The notes under the pieces: generated by a model
The model's database searches: none
Told to the model about the DNA's origin: nothing
The model's input: the letters and a program-made list of their open reading frames with translations, nothing else
DNA from: the human T2T-CHM13v2.0 reference genome, Homo sapiens
NCBI RefSeq assembly: GCF_009914755.1
Contig: NC_060928.1
Strand: one strand, 5' to 3'
Length of the DNA: 64,000 nucleotides
In this document: piece after piece, positions 15,608-39,353 of the stretch
Position numbering within the stretch: position 1 is the first letter of the stretch
How the letters are laid out: each line of letters begins with the position of its first letter
Translations under genes and position numbers: made by a program

Positions 15608-18103
15608 CTATAAAGAAAAAAAGTCATTTTTGACAAATATAATACTCATAATAGTTCCAATAGCTTATTGCAAATCATGCTTTTCTGCCAATACAGTTAA
15701 ATACACATCATGCCTAGGGAATAGTCAATATATTAAAAAATGGTGAAGCAATATACGGACAGTTGCCTAAGGTAAGTCTCAAGAAATTATGCTATGTCAC
15801 TATTCATTTCTACCTATCTAAGTGAATGGGTAGTGCTAACTCAAACACGGACAAATATATTTTGATTGGCCTGAAGAAAATCAGTGTTTACAAAAACCCA
15901 GAGAGCCTGGAACAGAGAGAGATAGGAACTAGGATGTGGCTGTGTAGCCTGCATTGTACGATAGTGGAGATATTATCTCCAGGAAATCAACTGTTAAGTC
16001 ACTATGGAGGTTTACTAGGCTGCTAGGGCTGGGTTTGTTCAAGTCAGTACTCTTCTATAGCCTGACTATAGCTTAAGACTATTTAGATTTCTTTAATAGC
16101 CTGCTCACTACGTAACCTTATGAATATTAATTTGGTTTCTCTTATAATCTGATATTGGGGAAGATTTCCCCAAATAGTGATTATGTGTAAATATTCACGT
16201 TAGTGTGAGGAAAATACTAACTTGAGATTTGCAAATAGATTATTGGTTTATGCAACTGTTTTATGCATTAGCTTTTATGACTTTGGTAAGCATAAGCCAT
16301 TTCCTTTGATTGTATACTTGTGAATGATAATATCCTGGACAGCTCTAATCAAAGTAGAATGTCAGCTGTTATTTCTCTTCCACTAGGCCTAAAATTCCTG
16401 AAGACAGAATGTCTTAATTATCTTTTTACTCCCAGCATCTATCACAGTCCTTGATATATAGCTGGAGATAAATATATATAGGATGAATGAATAATAAATA
16501 GCAATGTACAATGAACAATGTTCATATCTCTTTTGGGAATTTGGAAATAGTAAAAAGTTTAAAATAAGATACTTTAAGCTAAACAATTTTGAAGCTTACC
16601 TGCAGTCAGATTAAAACAAATCAGGGAAAGCTCTGATGTAAAGGGCCTATGAGGCACCTCAGAACTAGGAAGATACAGTATTTATGAAATGGACTTGTCA
16701 TTTGACTGCAAATTAGGGATTCAGATGAAGGTTGGCAAGGTTTAGTCAGGAGAGACATGATTTTAGAAATAGGCAAAGCATGAAATGGATCAATGTGGAA
16801 GGTAACTCTTCCCTAAGGGCCAAATCACTGTACCATCCAGGTGGCCAGCATTGAGCAGATGGAAATTGGCCATCAGAGTTGAAAATCCAGGTCAACAGCT
16901 CACAAAATGTCATCACTGGCCACATCACATAATATCTTTTGATTTTCCCAGTGTTCTTTAAATTACATTGCTTTCTTCTGAAGAACTGCTTTTGTATTTC
17001 TGCATTTTATTTCTCAGATTTCCTATTCATAATTCATATATTTGTGAAAAACAAATGATTTAATTTACATTTATGCAATATTTTACGTATTTAACAATTA
17101 ATTAATTGTCTTTCAATTGCGCATTAGGAAATTGAGGCAAAAACCCAAAGATCTGACCACTGTGATTCATGTAACTAAGATCTTTCTTGTCTTTTTACCC
17201 TCTATTTACAGATAAAAACATCTGTTGAATATCTTGAGTCTAGAAAATAACATTGAAAATATAGTGGTTGAGGACCAATTCCTCATCCTGAAGTTTACAA
17301 TGTAATGAAAAAAAGGAAATGTATAATTTTAATAAAAATGCATGCATTGAAATGTGGTGAGTATGAACATGTGCAGATAAAATTTAAAATAATATTTATG
17401 AGAATGTACTAGTTTATTGTAATAAAGAATGACTCAATACATGCCTACTAACTGTAGGCTCAGAGGATATTAGACTAAATGAAATTAGTCTACTGATGTT
17501 TTCATTGTTGAATTTGTGAGCATTCTACTATTCCTTGAACAGGGTAGTTAAGCTCCAGCCATAGATTATTTTCCCTGGCTCCTCCCTCTACCTAGAACAC
17601 TCTTCTAACCATGATTCCCAGGGCTTAAGTACCTCACCTCCTTCAAGCCGTTGCACAATTGTCATTTTTTCTTTGAGTGCTATTCTGACCAATTAATTTA
17701 AAATCACAGTCTGCCCTTCCAGCCCTCCCAGAACCTCTTAGCTTGCTCTTTCTCTTCAGTTTGTTATGTTTTTTCTTTATTTTGTGTCTCCTGATGCTGG
17801 ACTACAAAAGAGCAAGGATTTTCTGTTTGTTTTGTTCATTTGTATATTTCGGGCACCTAGACTGGACTTCATACATAAAGGGTACTCAGAAATTTTTTAA
17901 ATGAACAGGTGAAAGTGACTATAAAACAAAAGAAACTGAAAGACGCAGACAGTTAAGTAATGTCTAAGATTTTAGTCAGTTATTACTAGTATCATTTGGT
18001 TTTCATTTAAGATGGACATGTGTATGTAAAATAAGCATGGAATTTACTGCTATTTCTGCTTTCAAGGCAAACAAATTTAAAAAGAGAATGAGTCCAAAAA
18101 TAA

Positions 18104-18400
<297 letters not shown>

Positions 18401-19667
18401 TAATATAATTATTTTCATGGGGCACATGAAAGCATTAGATTTCATTCTAAGCAAATGTTAAGAGCAAGTAAAATATCTTTGAGAATGTTAACATATATTG
18501 TATTTGAATCTTTTATACAGACTGACTACAAACTCCCTATGCACAAAATTGTTTTCCGACAATTGCTGAAAACCTACTAAGGCTATCAGTCCTTTTAGAT
18601 AAATTTCAATTTTCATAGTGCAAAAAGTTCAGAAAAACATGCAAAAATTAAAATGCATGTGGAAAATGGAACAGAGACTTCAGATAGCTTTTAACTCACA
18701 TACAGAGGGCCTTTAGAACTTCTTGCGAAAGATTTATAAACATATTTTAAAAATTTTAAGAAAAGCTTAAAATACTCTACAGAAATGTTTATAAGTGAAA
18801 CAGCTGCTATAATATATTTTCTGTACTTATTTCTATATAATACTGTTACCTTGGCACTCTGCTTACAAAATCTTGTAGTGTTATTTCAGATGATGAACTC
18901 TCTGGACTCTAGTTTTGATGTGAATGCAAACGTAGGCTCTTGGGTGGGAGAAATTGTCTTGCTTTGTGAAATGCTGAAATCACAAAACTGAAATCACCCT
19001 CCTGATAAAATGCCAAAGAAAAGAGCTCTTTGAAGCATGAAGCTTGAGCAATGATAGATGTGCAGGTGCTATGAGCAGTTACCACTGTATTGCATGGCTG
19101 AACAATGGTACTAGTGCAGGCAGGCTATGAACTGTTAAACAGAAAAAAGAATCAGGTGGTAAACTTTAAGAAATTCTTGAGATTTTTAGGCAAGATGACA
19201 ATCTGGGACAGAGAAGGTTCAAATCTCTCATCGTGTCTTAATAATGTTATTAAGTGGGTAGCCACCCATTACCCTTGGAAACTTACAAGCAGGATAAAGG
19301 AGGAAAGTGGGGACATGTAATGTAGCCCTTACAAAGTTACATTGCCTATTTTTAGCAGTTAAGAATCTAACTACGTAGGCAGGATGGAACTGCATGTCCT
19401 CATATATTAGTGAGAATGAACTTTGGATACCATTCCTTCATGTATCAAAGGGGAAAGATCTTAGATTTTTGTATACCGTACAGATTAGAACTGAAATGCC
19501 TACAGTTGTTCTTATTCATTACATTAAATTAGTGTAGGATGGATGATTTTGAGGTTTGGGTTGTAAAAGCAAAAATTAGTTTAGGAAATTAACTAAAATG
19601 CTGACAACTATTTAGAAAACTCTAGGGGTCATATTCTTTTTTTTTTAATTTTGGCAATATTATCTTC

Positions 19668-20417
19668 TAATTATTTTATTTTTATTATTATACTTTAAGT
19701 TTTAGGGTACATGTGCACAATGTGCAGGTTAGTTACATATGTATACATGTGCCATGCTGGTGTGCTGCACCCACTAACTCATCATCTAGCATTAGGTATA
19801 TCTCCCAATGCTATCCCTCCCCCCTCCCCCCACCCCACAACAGTCCCCAGAGTGTGATGTTCCCCTTCCTGTGTCCATATGTTCTCATTGTTCAATACCC
19901 ACCTATGAGTGAGAATATGTGGTGTTTGGTTTTTTGTTCTTGTGATAGTTTACTGAGAATGATGATTTCCAATTTCATCCATGTCCCTACAAAGGACATG
20001 AACTCATCCTTTTTTATGGCTGCATAGTATTCCATGGTGTATATGTGTCACGTTTTCTTAATCCAGTCTATCATTGTTGGACATTTGGGGTGGTTCCAAG
20101 TCTTTGCTATTGTGAATAGTGCCGCAATAAACATACGTGTGCATGTGTCTTTATAGCAGCATAATTTATAATCCTTTGGGTATATACCCAGTAATGGGAT
20201 GGCTGGGTCAAATGGTATTTCTAGTTCTACATCCCTGAGGAATCGCCACACTGACTTCCACAATGGTTGAACTAGTTTACAGTCCCACCAACAGTGTAAA
20301 AGTGTTCCTATTTCTCCACATCCTCTCCAGCACCTGTTGTTTCCTGACTTTTTAAAGATTGCCATTCTAACTGGTGTGAGACGATATCTCATTGTGGTTT
20401 TGGTTTGCATTTGTCTG
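19668..20417 (-). mobile_element. L1 copy A: 5'-truncated L1PA2/3-like 3' end (~750 bp)
   Basis: Young 3' UTR alleles (ggttagttac, cactaactc, tctagcattagg, gtttactgagaatgatgatttccaatttc); ORF2 C-terminal translation at 20048-20410. Confidence 0.93.
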
Positions 20418-20519
20418 TTGGTACAGGATTGATTCTTTCTAAATGCTTGGAATAAAAATGGTCAGCTAGGTGTGACAAAAAACAAAACAAAACAAAACTG
20501 CTTGTTTTGATTAGAATCC

Positions 20520-21268
20520 TTTTTTTAAAATTTTATTATTATTATACTTTAAGTTTTAGGGTACATGTGCACAATGTGCAGGTTTGTTACATATGGATAC
20601 ATGTCCCATGTTGGTCTGCTGCACCCATTAACTCGTCATTTACATTAGGTATATCTCCTAATGCTATCCCTCCCCCGTCCCCCTACCCCACAAGAGTCCC
20701 CAGTGTGTGATGTTCCCCTTCCTGTGTCCATGTGTTCTCATTGTTCAATTCCCACCTGTGAGTGAGAACATGCAGTTTGGTTTTTTGTCCTTGCGATAGT
20801 TTGCTGAGAATGATGGTTTCCAGTTTCATCCATGTCCCTACAAAGGACACGAACTCATCATTTTTTATGGCTGCATAGTATTCCATGGTGTATATGTGCC
20901 ACATTTTCTTAATCCAGTCTATCATTGTTGGACATTTGGGTTGGTTCCAAGTCTTTGCTATTGTGAATAGTGCCGCAATAAACACATGTGTGCATGCGTC
21001 TTTATAGCAGCATAATTTATAATCCTTTGGGTATATACCCAGTAATGGGAAGGCTGGGTCAAATGGTATTTCTAGTTCTAGTTCCCTGAGGAATTGCCAC
21101 ACTGACTTCCACAATGGTTGAACTAGTTTACAGTCCCACCAACAGTGTAAAAGTGTTCCTATTTCTCCACATCCTCTCCAGCACCTGTTGTTTCCTGACT
21201 TTTTAAAGATTGCCATTCTAACTGGTGTGAGATGATATCTCATTGTGGTTTTGGTTTGCATTTCTCTG
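20520..21268 (-). mobile_element. L1 copy B: chimeric 3' fragment (tandem-duplication product)
   Basis: Same truncation point and flanking spacer as copy A, but its 3'-terminal alleles match copy C. Confidence 0.9.
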
Positions 21269-21370
21269 TTGGTACAAGATTGATTCTTTCTAAATGCTTG
21301 GAATAAAAATGGTCAGCTTGGTGTGACAAAAAACAAAACACAACAAAACTGCTTGTTTTGATTAGAATCC

Positions 21371-27420
<6,050 letters not shown>

Positions 27421-28736
27421 CGAACTTATCCTTTTTTATGGCGGCATAGTATTCCATGGTGTATATGTGCCATATTTTCTTTATCCAGTCTATCATTGAT
27501 GGGCATTTGGGTTGGTTCCAAGACTTTGCTATTGTGAACAGTGCTGCAATAAACATACGTGTGCATGTGTCTTTATAGTAGAATGATTTATAATCCTTTG
27601 GGTATATACCCAGTAATGGGATTGCTGGGTCAAATGGAATTTCTGGTTCTAGATCTTTGAGGAATTGCCACACTGTCTTCTACAAAGGTTGAACTAATTT
27701 ATATTCCCACCAACAGTGTGAAAGCATTCCTATTTCTCCACATCCTCTCCAGCAACTGTTGTTTCCTGACTTTTTAATGATCACCGAACTACAAACCACT
27801 GCTCAAGGAAATAAGAGAAGACACAAACGGAAAAACATTCCATGCTCATGGATAGGAAGAATCAGTATCTTGAAAATGGCCATACTGCCCAAAGTAATTT
27901 ATAGATTCAATGCTATCCCCATCAACTACCATTGACTTTCTTCACAGAATTAGAAAAAACTATTTTAAATTTCATATGGGACCAAAAAGGAGCCCATATC
28001 TCCAAGACAATCCTAAGCTAAAAGAACAAAGCCGGAGGCATCAGGCTGCTTGACTTCAAATTATACTGCAAGGCTATAGTAACCAAAACACCATGGTACT
28101 GGTACCAAAACAGATATACAAACCAATGCAACAGAACAGAGGCCTCAGAAATAACACCACACATCTACAACCATCTGATCTTTGACAAACCTGACAAAAA
28201 CAATCAATGGGGAAAGGATTCCCTATTTAATAAATGGTGCTGGGAAAACTGGCTAGCCATATGCAGAAAACTGAAACTGGATCCCTTCCTTACACCTTAT
28301 ACAAAAATTAATTCAAGATGGATTAAAGAATTAAACATAAGACCGAAAACCATAAAAACCCTAGAAGAAAACCTAGGCAACACCATTCAGGATGTAGACA
28401 TGAGAAAAGACTTCATGATTAAAACATCAAAAGCAATGGCAACAAAAGCCAAAATTGACAAATGGGATCTAAATTAAACTAAAGAGCTTCTGCACAGCAA
28501 AAGAAACTACCATGAGTGAACAGGCAACTTATAGAATGGGAGAATTTTTTTGCAATGTATCCATCTGACAAAGGGCTAATATCCAGAATCTACAAAGAAT
28601 TTAAACAAATTTACAAGAAAAAAAACACCACCATCAAAAAGTGGGCAAAGGATATGAAGAGACACTTCTCAAAACAAGACAGTTATGTGGCCAACAAACA
28701 TATGAAAGAAAGCTCATCATCACTGGTCATTAGAGA
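27421..28736. mobile_element. L1 copy D: older (L1PA7/8-like) twin-primed element; minus part 27421-27785, inverted plus part 27786-28736; 3' terminus missing
   Basis: Orientation switch at tttttaatgatcacc|gaactacaaacc; older alleles (tagtagaatgattt, ttctggttctag). Confidence 0.88.
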
Positions 28737-28749
28737 GATAATAATTCTT

Positions 28750-31087
<2,338 letters not shown>

Positions 31088-31974
31088 TAATTAGACTTAG
31101 CAAATCATACTTATCTTTTGTAACAGATATGCGGTATTGTTAAGCATGTTTTTGTTTCTTTTAGTCCATATCATTGCCTATGCATTATTCATTTTGTGCC
31201 CCTAGAAATTAGCATAGTTTTTGAGTTTTGAATTTTGAAGGTATCTTTTGACTTTTGAAGGTATCTGATTTTCAGACTCAGTTTATGAACATTTGAATTG
31301 CAGGAAGCATTATGTATTTATTTTTATCTTACCAGTGTTTAGTGTTATTATGCTCATAATAAGAATTCAAAAATATTATTTAAAATAAATAAAACAAAAA
31401 TACTTTTAAATATTTTATATTTAAATTAAAATAATCTTTATTGCTCTTAGTTTTTGTCTCTAGCAGGCTGGATGTTTGGAAAGAATAGCTATTTGAGCCA
31501 TGTGATAATATAGGCTTAAGAAAGAAATACAGTTGTTTTTGTGTACTTAATCTATTGTATACTTAGATTGAACATATAGAGAATATTGACTTCAAATATA
31601 CATTTTAGATGATATTTAATGCCATGGGAATGAATGAAATTACTCAGAGAATAGAGAGTGAGAAGTGGTCTAGATTAAGCCCCAAATAAGTCAGACATTT
31701 TGAAGTCAGTCAGATAGAGACAAAGGGCTGGAAAGGATATCAGGAACAAGCAGTGTTTGGCAAGAAAACTGCTATAACGTGGTCAGAAACATCACTACAG
31801 GGTTTTCCTCTCCTTTAGGAGGGATTGCCAGTCCTGTAGAATGTTGCTCAAAGTTTTAGTAAGATAAGAAATGATCGTTTCCATGGAGACTAGTGGTTGA
31901 ACTGAACCAGAGTACCTGTGGTGGAATTGTGCAGTCAAAATCTAAATGGAAAGGTTTAAAGTGTGAATGAAATA

Positions 31975-32486
31975 TTATTGGATACATACCTAAAAGAAAA
32001 TAAATCATTCTATCAAAATGACACACGCACTCATATGTTCGTTACCACGCTATTCACAATAGCAAAGGCATGGGATTAACCTAGGTGCTCATCGATAATA
32101 GATTGGATAAAGAAAATGTGGTTCATATACACCATGGGAAACTACATAGCCATAAAAGTATAAAATCATGTCCTTTGCAGCAACATGGATGCAGCTGGAG
32201 GCCATAATCCTCAATGAATTAAAACCGAAATAGAAAACGAGATACCACTTGTTCTCACTTATAAGTGGAAGCTAAACATTAAGCACGCATGGACATAAAA
32301 GTAGGAACAATAGATACTGTAGACTACTAGAGGCAGGAGAAAGGGGAGCATAGGTGGAAAAACTACCTATTGGGTCCTGTGCTCACTACCTGGGTGATAG
32401 AATCCAGACCCCAAATCTCAGCATCACACTATATACCCATGAAACAAATTTGCACATGTACCCCGTGAATCTGAAATAAAAAAAGA
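31975..32486 (+). mobile_element. Old L1PA (L1PA15/16-like) 3' end
   Basis: gtcctttgcagcaacatggatgcagctggaggcc; aactacctattgggt..gctcactacctgggtga; aatctgaaataaaa. Confidence 0.85.
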
Positions 32487-33379
32487 ATTATGGATGTTTT
32501 CATTGGTTATAATGGAGGGACATAGATTGGAAGCTGGGTGGAGGATCAAAAGATAATTTTCTAAAATTAAACATACTGAAAGGTGTTTGAATGCTATTGG
32601 AATAAGCCTATAGGTCGCCAAGTACAACCGAAGGCTTATGCTTTCTAACAGAGTATGAGCAAATGGATTCTGCAAACTTTGGGGAGGTGGACATTTCTTC
32701 ATTGTAATAAAAAGGTATGATTGTAGAGAGTATATCAAATGGATTTGTAAGTAAGTTACATGGTCAGAAATCTAATTTCATCTATTGTCTCCTAGTTTCT
32801 TAATAACTAGTGCTCAGTGTGCCTACAAACAAGGTAGCACATAGAACATTCTGAATAAATATTTGTAAAATCAATAAATTAATAGAGCCTGAGGCAATGT
32901 CATTAGCTAAATAGATGAGGAATTAATTTGATTAGAAAACAGTGTATTCTTCCCTAAATCATACATATTTCATATAAAATTGAAAGTGCTCAGAAATTGG
33001 GCTGCCTCTAGGGTGGCCAAAAATATGAAGTGTGTAATAGGGAACTACACAGTGTAATGAATATCATAGCACAGGCTTCATTATGCTGTGGAATTATTAG
33101 TGATAAGCTACTAATAGAAAAAGATAGATATTTGTTGGCCTTATTCACTGCATTCTATTTCAACAGTGGCCACAAAATTATTTCCATACACAAATGTTTT
33201 TGTAGGATGTAATATTGTGTTAGTGTGATTTATTTACACCCTAAAGCAAATATAATTCAAAATATATGTTATAGAAGCTCTTGCTGTCTTCCCTCAATAT
33301 CAGCAATGCAAAAAGAAAGAAACTGCTTTTTATTATAAGAAATAACTCAAAAAGGAGCAACATAAAAGTACATTTGGTC

Positions 33380-35360
33380 TTTTATTTTTATGTTTTATTT
33401 TGTTTATAATTAACAGATAATGGTTGTACATTATTTGTGGGGTAGTGTGTTTCAATACATATATAATGAAATGATCAAATCAGGGTAAACAGAATACTTA
33501 TCTCAAACATTTGTCATTTCTTTGTAGTGAGAACATTCAAAATCCTTTCTTTTAGCTATTTTGAAGTGTACAATACATTATTGTTGACTATAGACAACCT
33601 ACTGTGTAATAGAACATGGTAACTTATTCTTCCTATCGAACTGTAAATTTGTACCTGGTGACCAACCTCTCCCCATCCCCTCTCCTGCCACTCTCCTCAG
33701 CCTCTGGTAACCACTATTCTACTAGTGATTAGTGAGAAGTAACCACTCACTTCTTCTATAAGGTAAACTTTGTTAGATTCTACATATGACTGAAATCTTG
33801 TGGTGTTTGTTCCTCTGTGGTTGGCTTAACATAATGTCCTCTAGGTTCATGGAAACTGTTACAAATCATAAAAAATAATTTTTTATGACTAACTAGCATT
33901 GTATTGCGTATATAACCATATTTTCTTTAACCATGCATCTCTTGGTGGACACTTAGGTTGATTCCACTTCTTGGCTATTGTGATTAGTGCTGCAATAAAT
34001 ATAGGAGTGCAGGTATCTCTTCAACATGCTAATTTCATTGCTTTTGAGTATGTACCTTGTAATGGAATTGCTGGACTATGTGGTAGTTCTGTTTTTAATT
34101 TTTTGAGGAACTTCCATGTTATTATCCATAAAGGCTGTACTAGTTTACAGTTTGTCCCTCCAATAGTGTATAAGAGTTCTTTTTCCTGTGCACCTTTGCC
34201 AGCATTTGTTATTTTTTGTCTTTTTCATAATAGCCATTCTAACTGGGATGAGATTATATCTCATTGTGATTCTAATTTGTGTTTCTCTAATAATTAGTGA
34301 TGTTGAGCATTGTTTTTCATATACCTGTTAGTCCTTTGTATGTCTTCTTTTGGGAAATGTCTACTCAGATCCTTTATCCATTTTTAAATTTTATTATTAC
34401 TATTATTTTTGCTATTGAGTTGTTTGAGTTCCTTATATAGTCTGGATATTAACTACTTGTCAGAGGCATAGTTTGCAAATATTTTCTCCAATTCTGTAGA
34501 TTGTCCCTTCACTCTGTTGATTATTTCCTTTGCTGTACAAAAGCTTTTTAGTTTGTCATCATCTTATTTGCCTATTTTTGCTTTTATTTCTCTTGCTTTT
34601 GAGGTCTTATTCAAAATATCCTTGTCCAGATCAATGTCATAAAGCATTTCCCCATAAATTTGTCTAGTAGTTTCATAGTTTTGGGTCTTACATTTATATC
34701 TTTAATCCATTTTGAGTTGATTTTTGTAAGTGTTGAAAAACAGAGGTCTAGTTCCATCCATCTGCATATGCATAACCAGTTTTCCTAGCCCCATTTAGGG
34801 GCTTGTCCTTTCCCCAATGTGTGTTCTTGGTGCATTTGTTAAAAATCAGTCGGGTGTAAAGTGTGGATTTATTTCTGGGTTCTCTAATCTGTTCCATCGG
34901 TATATGTGTCTGTTTTTAGGCTAGTATCATGCTGCTTTCACTATTTTTGTTTTTAGTATATTTTAAGGTCGGGTAGTGTAATGCCTCCAGCTTTGTCCTT
35001 TTTGTTCAAGCTTGCTTTAGCTATTCAGGGTCTTTTATAATTTCATGAAAATTTTAGGATTGTTTTTCCTATTTCTGTGAACACTTTCATTGGTATTCTG
35101 ATAGGGATTGAATTGAATTTGTAAATTGTTTTGGGTAGTATGGATATTTTAGCAATATTAATTCTTCCAGTCCAAGAAGATGGGATATTTTTCCACTTAT
35201 TAGTGTCCTCTTTAGTTGCTTTTGTTAATGTTTCATAGTTTTTATTGTAGAGATCTTCCATCTCCTCGGTTAAGTTTAGTCCTAGTTACTTTATTTTTTT
35301 GTAGCTATTGTAAGTGGGATTGATTTCTTAATTTCTTTTTTAGAGAGTTTGCTGTTGGTG
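33380..35360 (-). mobile_element. L1MA-like 3' ~2 kb
   Basis: Antisense ORF2 C-terminal homology (35043-35261 [21 protein letters not shown]) and L1MA-type 3' UTR (gtgagaacattcaaaatcc). Confidence 0.85.
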
Positions 35361-36427
35361 ATAATTAATAACTAATTAACACCTTAAAGAGCAAAAGTAA
35401 GGTACACACAGTTGCCTCCTAAGGCAGAGGGGGAGTAAAATTTGTTGGAGACCTTTTATGTGCAAGGCTCTGTGCCACATGCATTACCTCTTTTGAACTA
35501 ATGCAATCTGTACATATTGGAGGTGCCAGCTAATTATGTTTCAATTATAGTTAAACTGTCTAGTAGACAAGCATTTCCTTTTTTTTAACACAGACATGGC
35601 ATCAAGAAGTAGAGGAGAATGATTCTGGAGCAAAAGGCCAATAAAAAAGTTTACTTTTTTGCCCCTCTAAAAGCTACATTCTTCTTGTGAACATCCACAC
35701 CTCAGTAAGTGTCATCATCATCTATCTGACTGCCAGAGACAGACACTTATAAGTCATGGTTGTTTCTTTGGTTTTCCTCATTTTCACTGCCCCATTCAAT
35801 CACTTGGCAAATCCTATTGACCAAGACATCAAAATAAGTCTTATATCTTTTAATATCTTGTCATCTCTACTACTATAACCTCTGAGAAAGCATTGTTGTC
35901 TCTCTCCTAAACAAATGCGATAACCATCTAATTGGCCTCTGCTTCCAAATAGCAGATACAGTAACTTTTTAAAAAATGTAAAATAGATTACCCTCTACTT
36001 AAAATAATTTTCTTATTGTATCTGAAATAAAACTGAACATTCAAAGCTTCTGTTATATTTTGCTGCCGTGTTCTCCAGTCTCACCCATTACATACTCCCA
36101 TTGGTTCTTTATGCCCCAACATCCTGACTTCTTTCTGATCCTTAAAAACATCAATAATTTTCCTACTTCAGGCATTGCTTATGTTGTCTTTCTTGCCTGG
36201 AGTGCTCTTCTCCTAATTCTTTGTGTGCTTTATTTGTTCTTATTGATAAGAACTCAGCTAGAATATCACTCCAACAGTCATTTCCTACCACCCTAGTTGA
36301 AAACAACTCCGATTGCAATTATTCTCTTTCATGGCTTATTTCCTTCAGCTTTTCCAGTGTAATTTGTTACTCTCTTGTTTATTTAGGGGTTATCTTTGCC
36401 CTGCTTAAATGCAAATCCCATGAAGTT

Positions 36428-36733
36428 CTTTTTTTTTTTTCTTGTGGTTATTTTTTGAGACAGCCTCGCTCTGTCACCCAGGCTGGAGTGCAGTGGCTTG
36501 CTCTTGGCTCACTGCAACCTCCGCCTGGTTCAAGTGATTCTTGTGCCTTAGCCTTCTGAGTACCTGGGACTACAGGTGTGCACCACCACACCAGCTAATT
36601 TTTGTGTTTTTTAGTAGAGATTGGGATCTCGCCATGTTGGCCAGGTTGGTCTCAAACTCCTGACCTCAGGTGATCTGCCCACCTTGGCCTCCCAAAGTGC
36701 TGGGATTACAGGCGTGAGCCACAGAGCCTGGCC
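36428..36733 (-). mobile_element. AluS-like
   Basis: gagacagcctcgctctgtcacccaggctgg...gcgtgagccacagagcctggcc. Confidence 0.93.
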
Positions 36734-37286
36734 TGGGAAGCTGTGTTTTGCATTTCTCTCTCTCTCCAGTGCTTAGAAGAATACCCAGAGCACATGATAA
36801 CCCTCTTTTAAATAAATGAATAAATGAATATATAAATAGATGAATGGTACAAAGTGAAAGATTGGTATTCTCATACATGGTTTGGAGTTGTGATGCCCTA
36901 GATAAAAAACAGCTTAAACATCATATGGGCTTCTGAGAGAGTGTTATAAAGTTTCCCTTTAGAGTCTCTTTCTATATTGCAAATCTAATTAATAATATAC
37001 GGATAGTTTTGTAATGTGCAAAAATGGTCAATATACTAGTTATATTTTAGCTGTCGTATATAGTGCTGGTGAAAATAAGTCTTTGTATAGGCAAAGTGCT
37101 TACTTTTTAGTATAATAACATAGGCGTTGTGATTAAAAAGAAGGACTAAGAGCCAGGTGATAAGAATTCTAGTCCCAACCTTGCTAGTAAATATCTGTGT
37201 GATAAAGCCTCAGCTTTCTCACATACCTATAAAATGAGGCTAACCTCATAAGGTTGTGTGAAAATTATTTAAAATAATGCTTTTAA

Positions 37287-37549
<263 letters not shown>

Positions 37550-37586
37550 TAATATTGTATTTTAATAGCTGGTAATAAAATGAAAA

Positions 37587-38030
37587 TTGTCTTAGCTTAG
37601 ACTGTCATAACAACATATAGATTGGGTGGCTTAAACAACAGACATTTATTTTCTCACAGTTCTTTAGGCTGAGAGTCTAAGATCAGGGTGCCAGCATGGT
37701 TACATTTTGGTGAAGGCTTCCTTCCTGGCTTGTAGGTGGCTACCACCTCACTATGTGCTCACATTACCTCTTTTTTTTTGGTACAGGAGGAGAGGGAGTG
37801 GAGAAGGGGAGAAAGAGAGAGAAAGAGTGAGGCAGAGAGAGAAAGAGAATGAATGAGTGAGAACTCTGGCATCTCCTCTTATAGGGATACTCATTCTATT
37901 GTATAAGGATCCCATTTTTATGTCCTTATTTAACTTTACCTCCTTATAGACCTCATTTACACACACGGTTATAATGGGTGTTATGGCTTTAACATATGAA
38001 TTTTGGTGATGTACAATTTAGTCCTTAGCA
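37587..38030. mobile_element. MaLR LTR (MLT1-like)
   Basis: gggtggcttaaacaacagacatttattttctcacagttc; aagatcagggtgccagcatggtt; ctttaacatatgaattttgg. Confidence 0.8.
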
Positions 38031-38811
38031 AAAATAAATTTAAGATATATTCTCAAATGTTCATTTATGAATGTTTAGTTCTATTACTTTCTAGACTTTC
38101 CCTTTGAGTTCTAATTTTCCAGTACAACTAAAACAAATATCAAGAACAAGACATTTAGTCTTTTTCTTTCTCTCTCTGGTAATCATCATAATAGTTTTTT
38201 AATAGGAAAGCTATTCAAGGAATATCTATCATCTTGTTATTTTGTGGAAATATGCTATGTTGGAGAAGTAGTAAAGCCAAAAAATTGACAGATTTTTTTT
38301 TTCCTTGATATTCTAAGGTCTAGGTTTTATTAACTTGGTTCCATTTAGTGTTGAGGCAAAGGCTTTAAATGAATCATTAAATGGTTGAGCAGTGGTATAT
38401 GTTTAAGCTCATGCTCTTCATGGAATGGTTACAGTCAAACCTTTCAGTCTTCATTGCACAGTAGTGTACTGCAGTGCTAAGAGCATTAAAGTTACAAAAT
38501 TTGATTTAAATCTAGACTACGTTAGTATATTGGATATAGTAAGAATATTGATGTTCAGAAAGATTAAGTAATTTGCCCAAGGACACAATAGTCTTATTAG
38601 TGAAGAAGAGATGAGAACACTCATCACTCAGGGGATTATGAAGACTAAATGAAAATGTGAATGCCAAACTCATAACATACTCAGGGCTTGATATTCATTC
38701 AATATTCAATATTCAGTAAGATATTCATTTTTACTTCATTTTCATGATCTTGCTAATTTATAATCATATTTTAAATCATTAGCACTATAACCTAAGTTGA
38801 TTATGAATGTG

Positions 38812-39123
38812 TTTTTTTTTTTTTTTTTTTTTTTTTTTTTGAGACAGAGTCTTGCTCTGTCACCCAGTCTGGAGTGCAGTGGCGCGATCTCCGCTCACTG
38901 CAAGCTCCGCCTCCCAGGTTCATGCCATTCTCCTGCCTCAGCCTCCTGAGTAACTGGGACTACAGGCGCCCGCCATCACGCCCGGCTAATTTTTTTGTAT
39001 TTTTTAGTAGAGACAGGGTTTCACTGTGTTAGCCAGGATGGTCTCGATCTCCTGACCTCGTGATCCGCCCACCTCGGCCTCCCAAAGTGCTGGGATTACA
39101 GGCGTGAGCCACCGCGCCCGTCC
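38812..39123 (-). mobile_element. AluY with TSD tatgaatgt
   Basis: T29 tail, gcaagctccgcctcc, gttagccaggatggtctcgatctcc; TSD at 38802-38810 and 39124-39132. Confidence 0.96.
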
Positions 39124-39302
39124 TATGAATGTATTTGTAAAGGCAAGAGAAGACCATGGTCGTGAGCTGAGGGACCATGGGTAACATGAAGACCGAGTAC
39201 TGGAGGGCCAAATACTTCTGTCAAATTTCATAATAGCAAGTATGCAGCTAGTAGGAGTTAAAGCAGTTAAAACAGCTCTTCCTTTTACCATATTTCCTGC
39301 TA

Positions 39303-39304
<2 letters not shown>

Positions 39305-39353
<49 letters not shown>
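39305..39353. repeat. Compound (GT)n(GA)n microsatellite
   Basis: Directly visible. Confidence 0.95.

Noticed and set aside
19668-21370. Repeat-spacer-repeat arrangement superficially like a CRISPR array
   Set aside because: Units are 750-bp L1 3' ends with near-identical spacers in primate DNA; explained by tandem duplication.
31233-31266. Small local duplications (tttgaaggtatct x2; also tacttgat x3 at ~41320-41350, gtaaccact x2 at ~33707/33739, GGGAT-like run at ~3260-3290)
   Set aside because: Ordinary slippage-scale events with no evidence of function.
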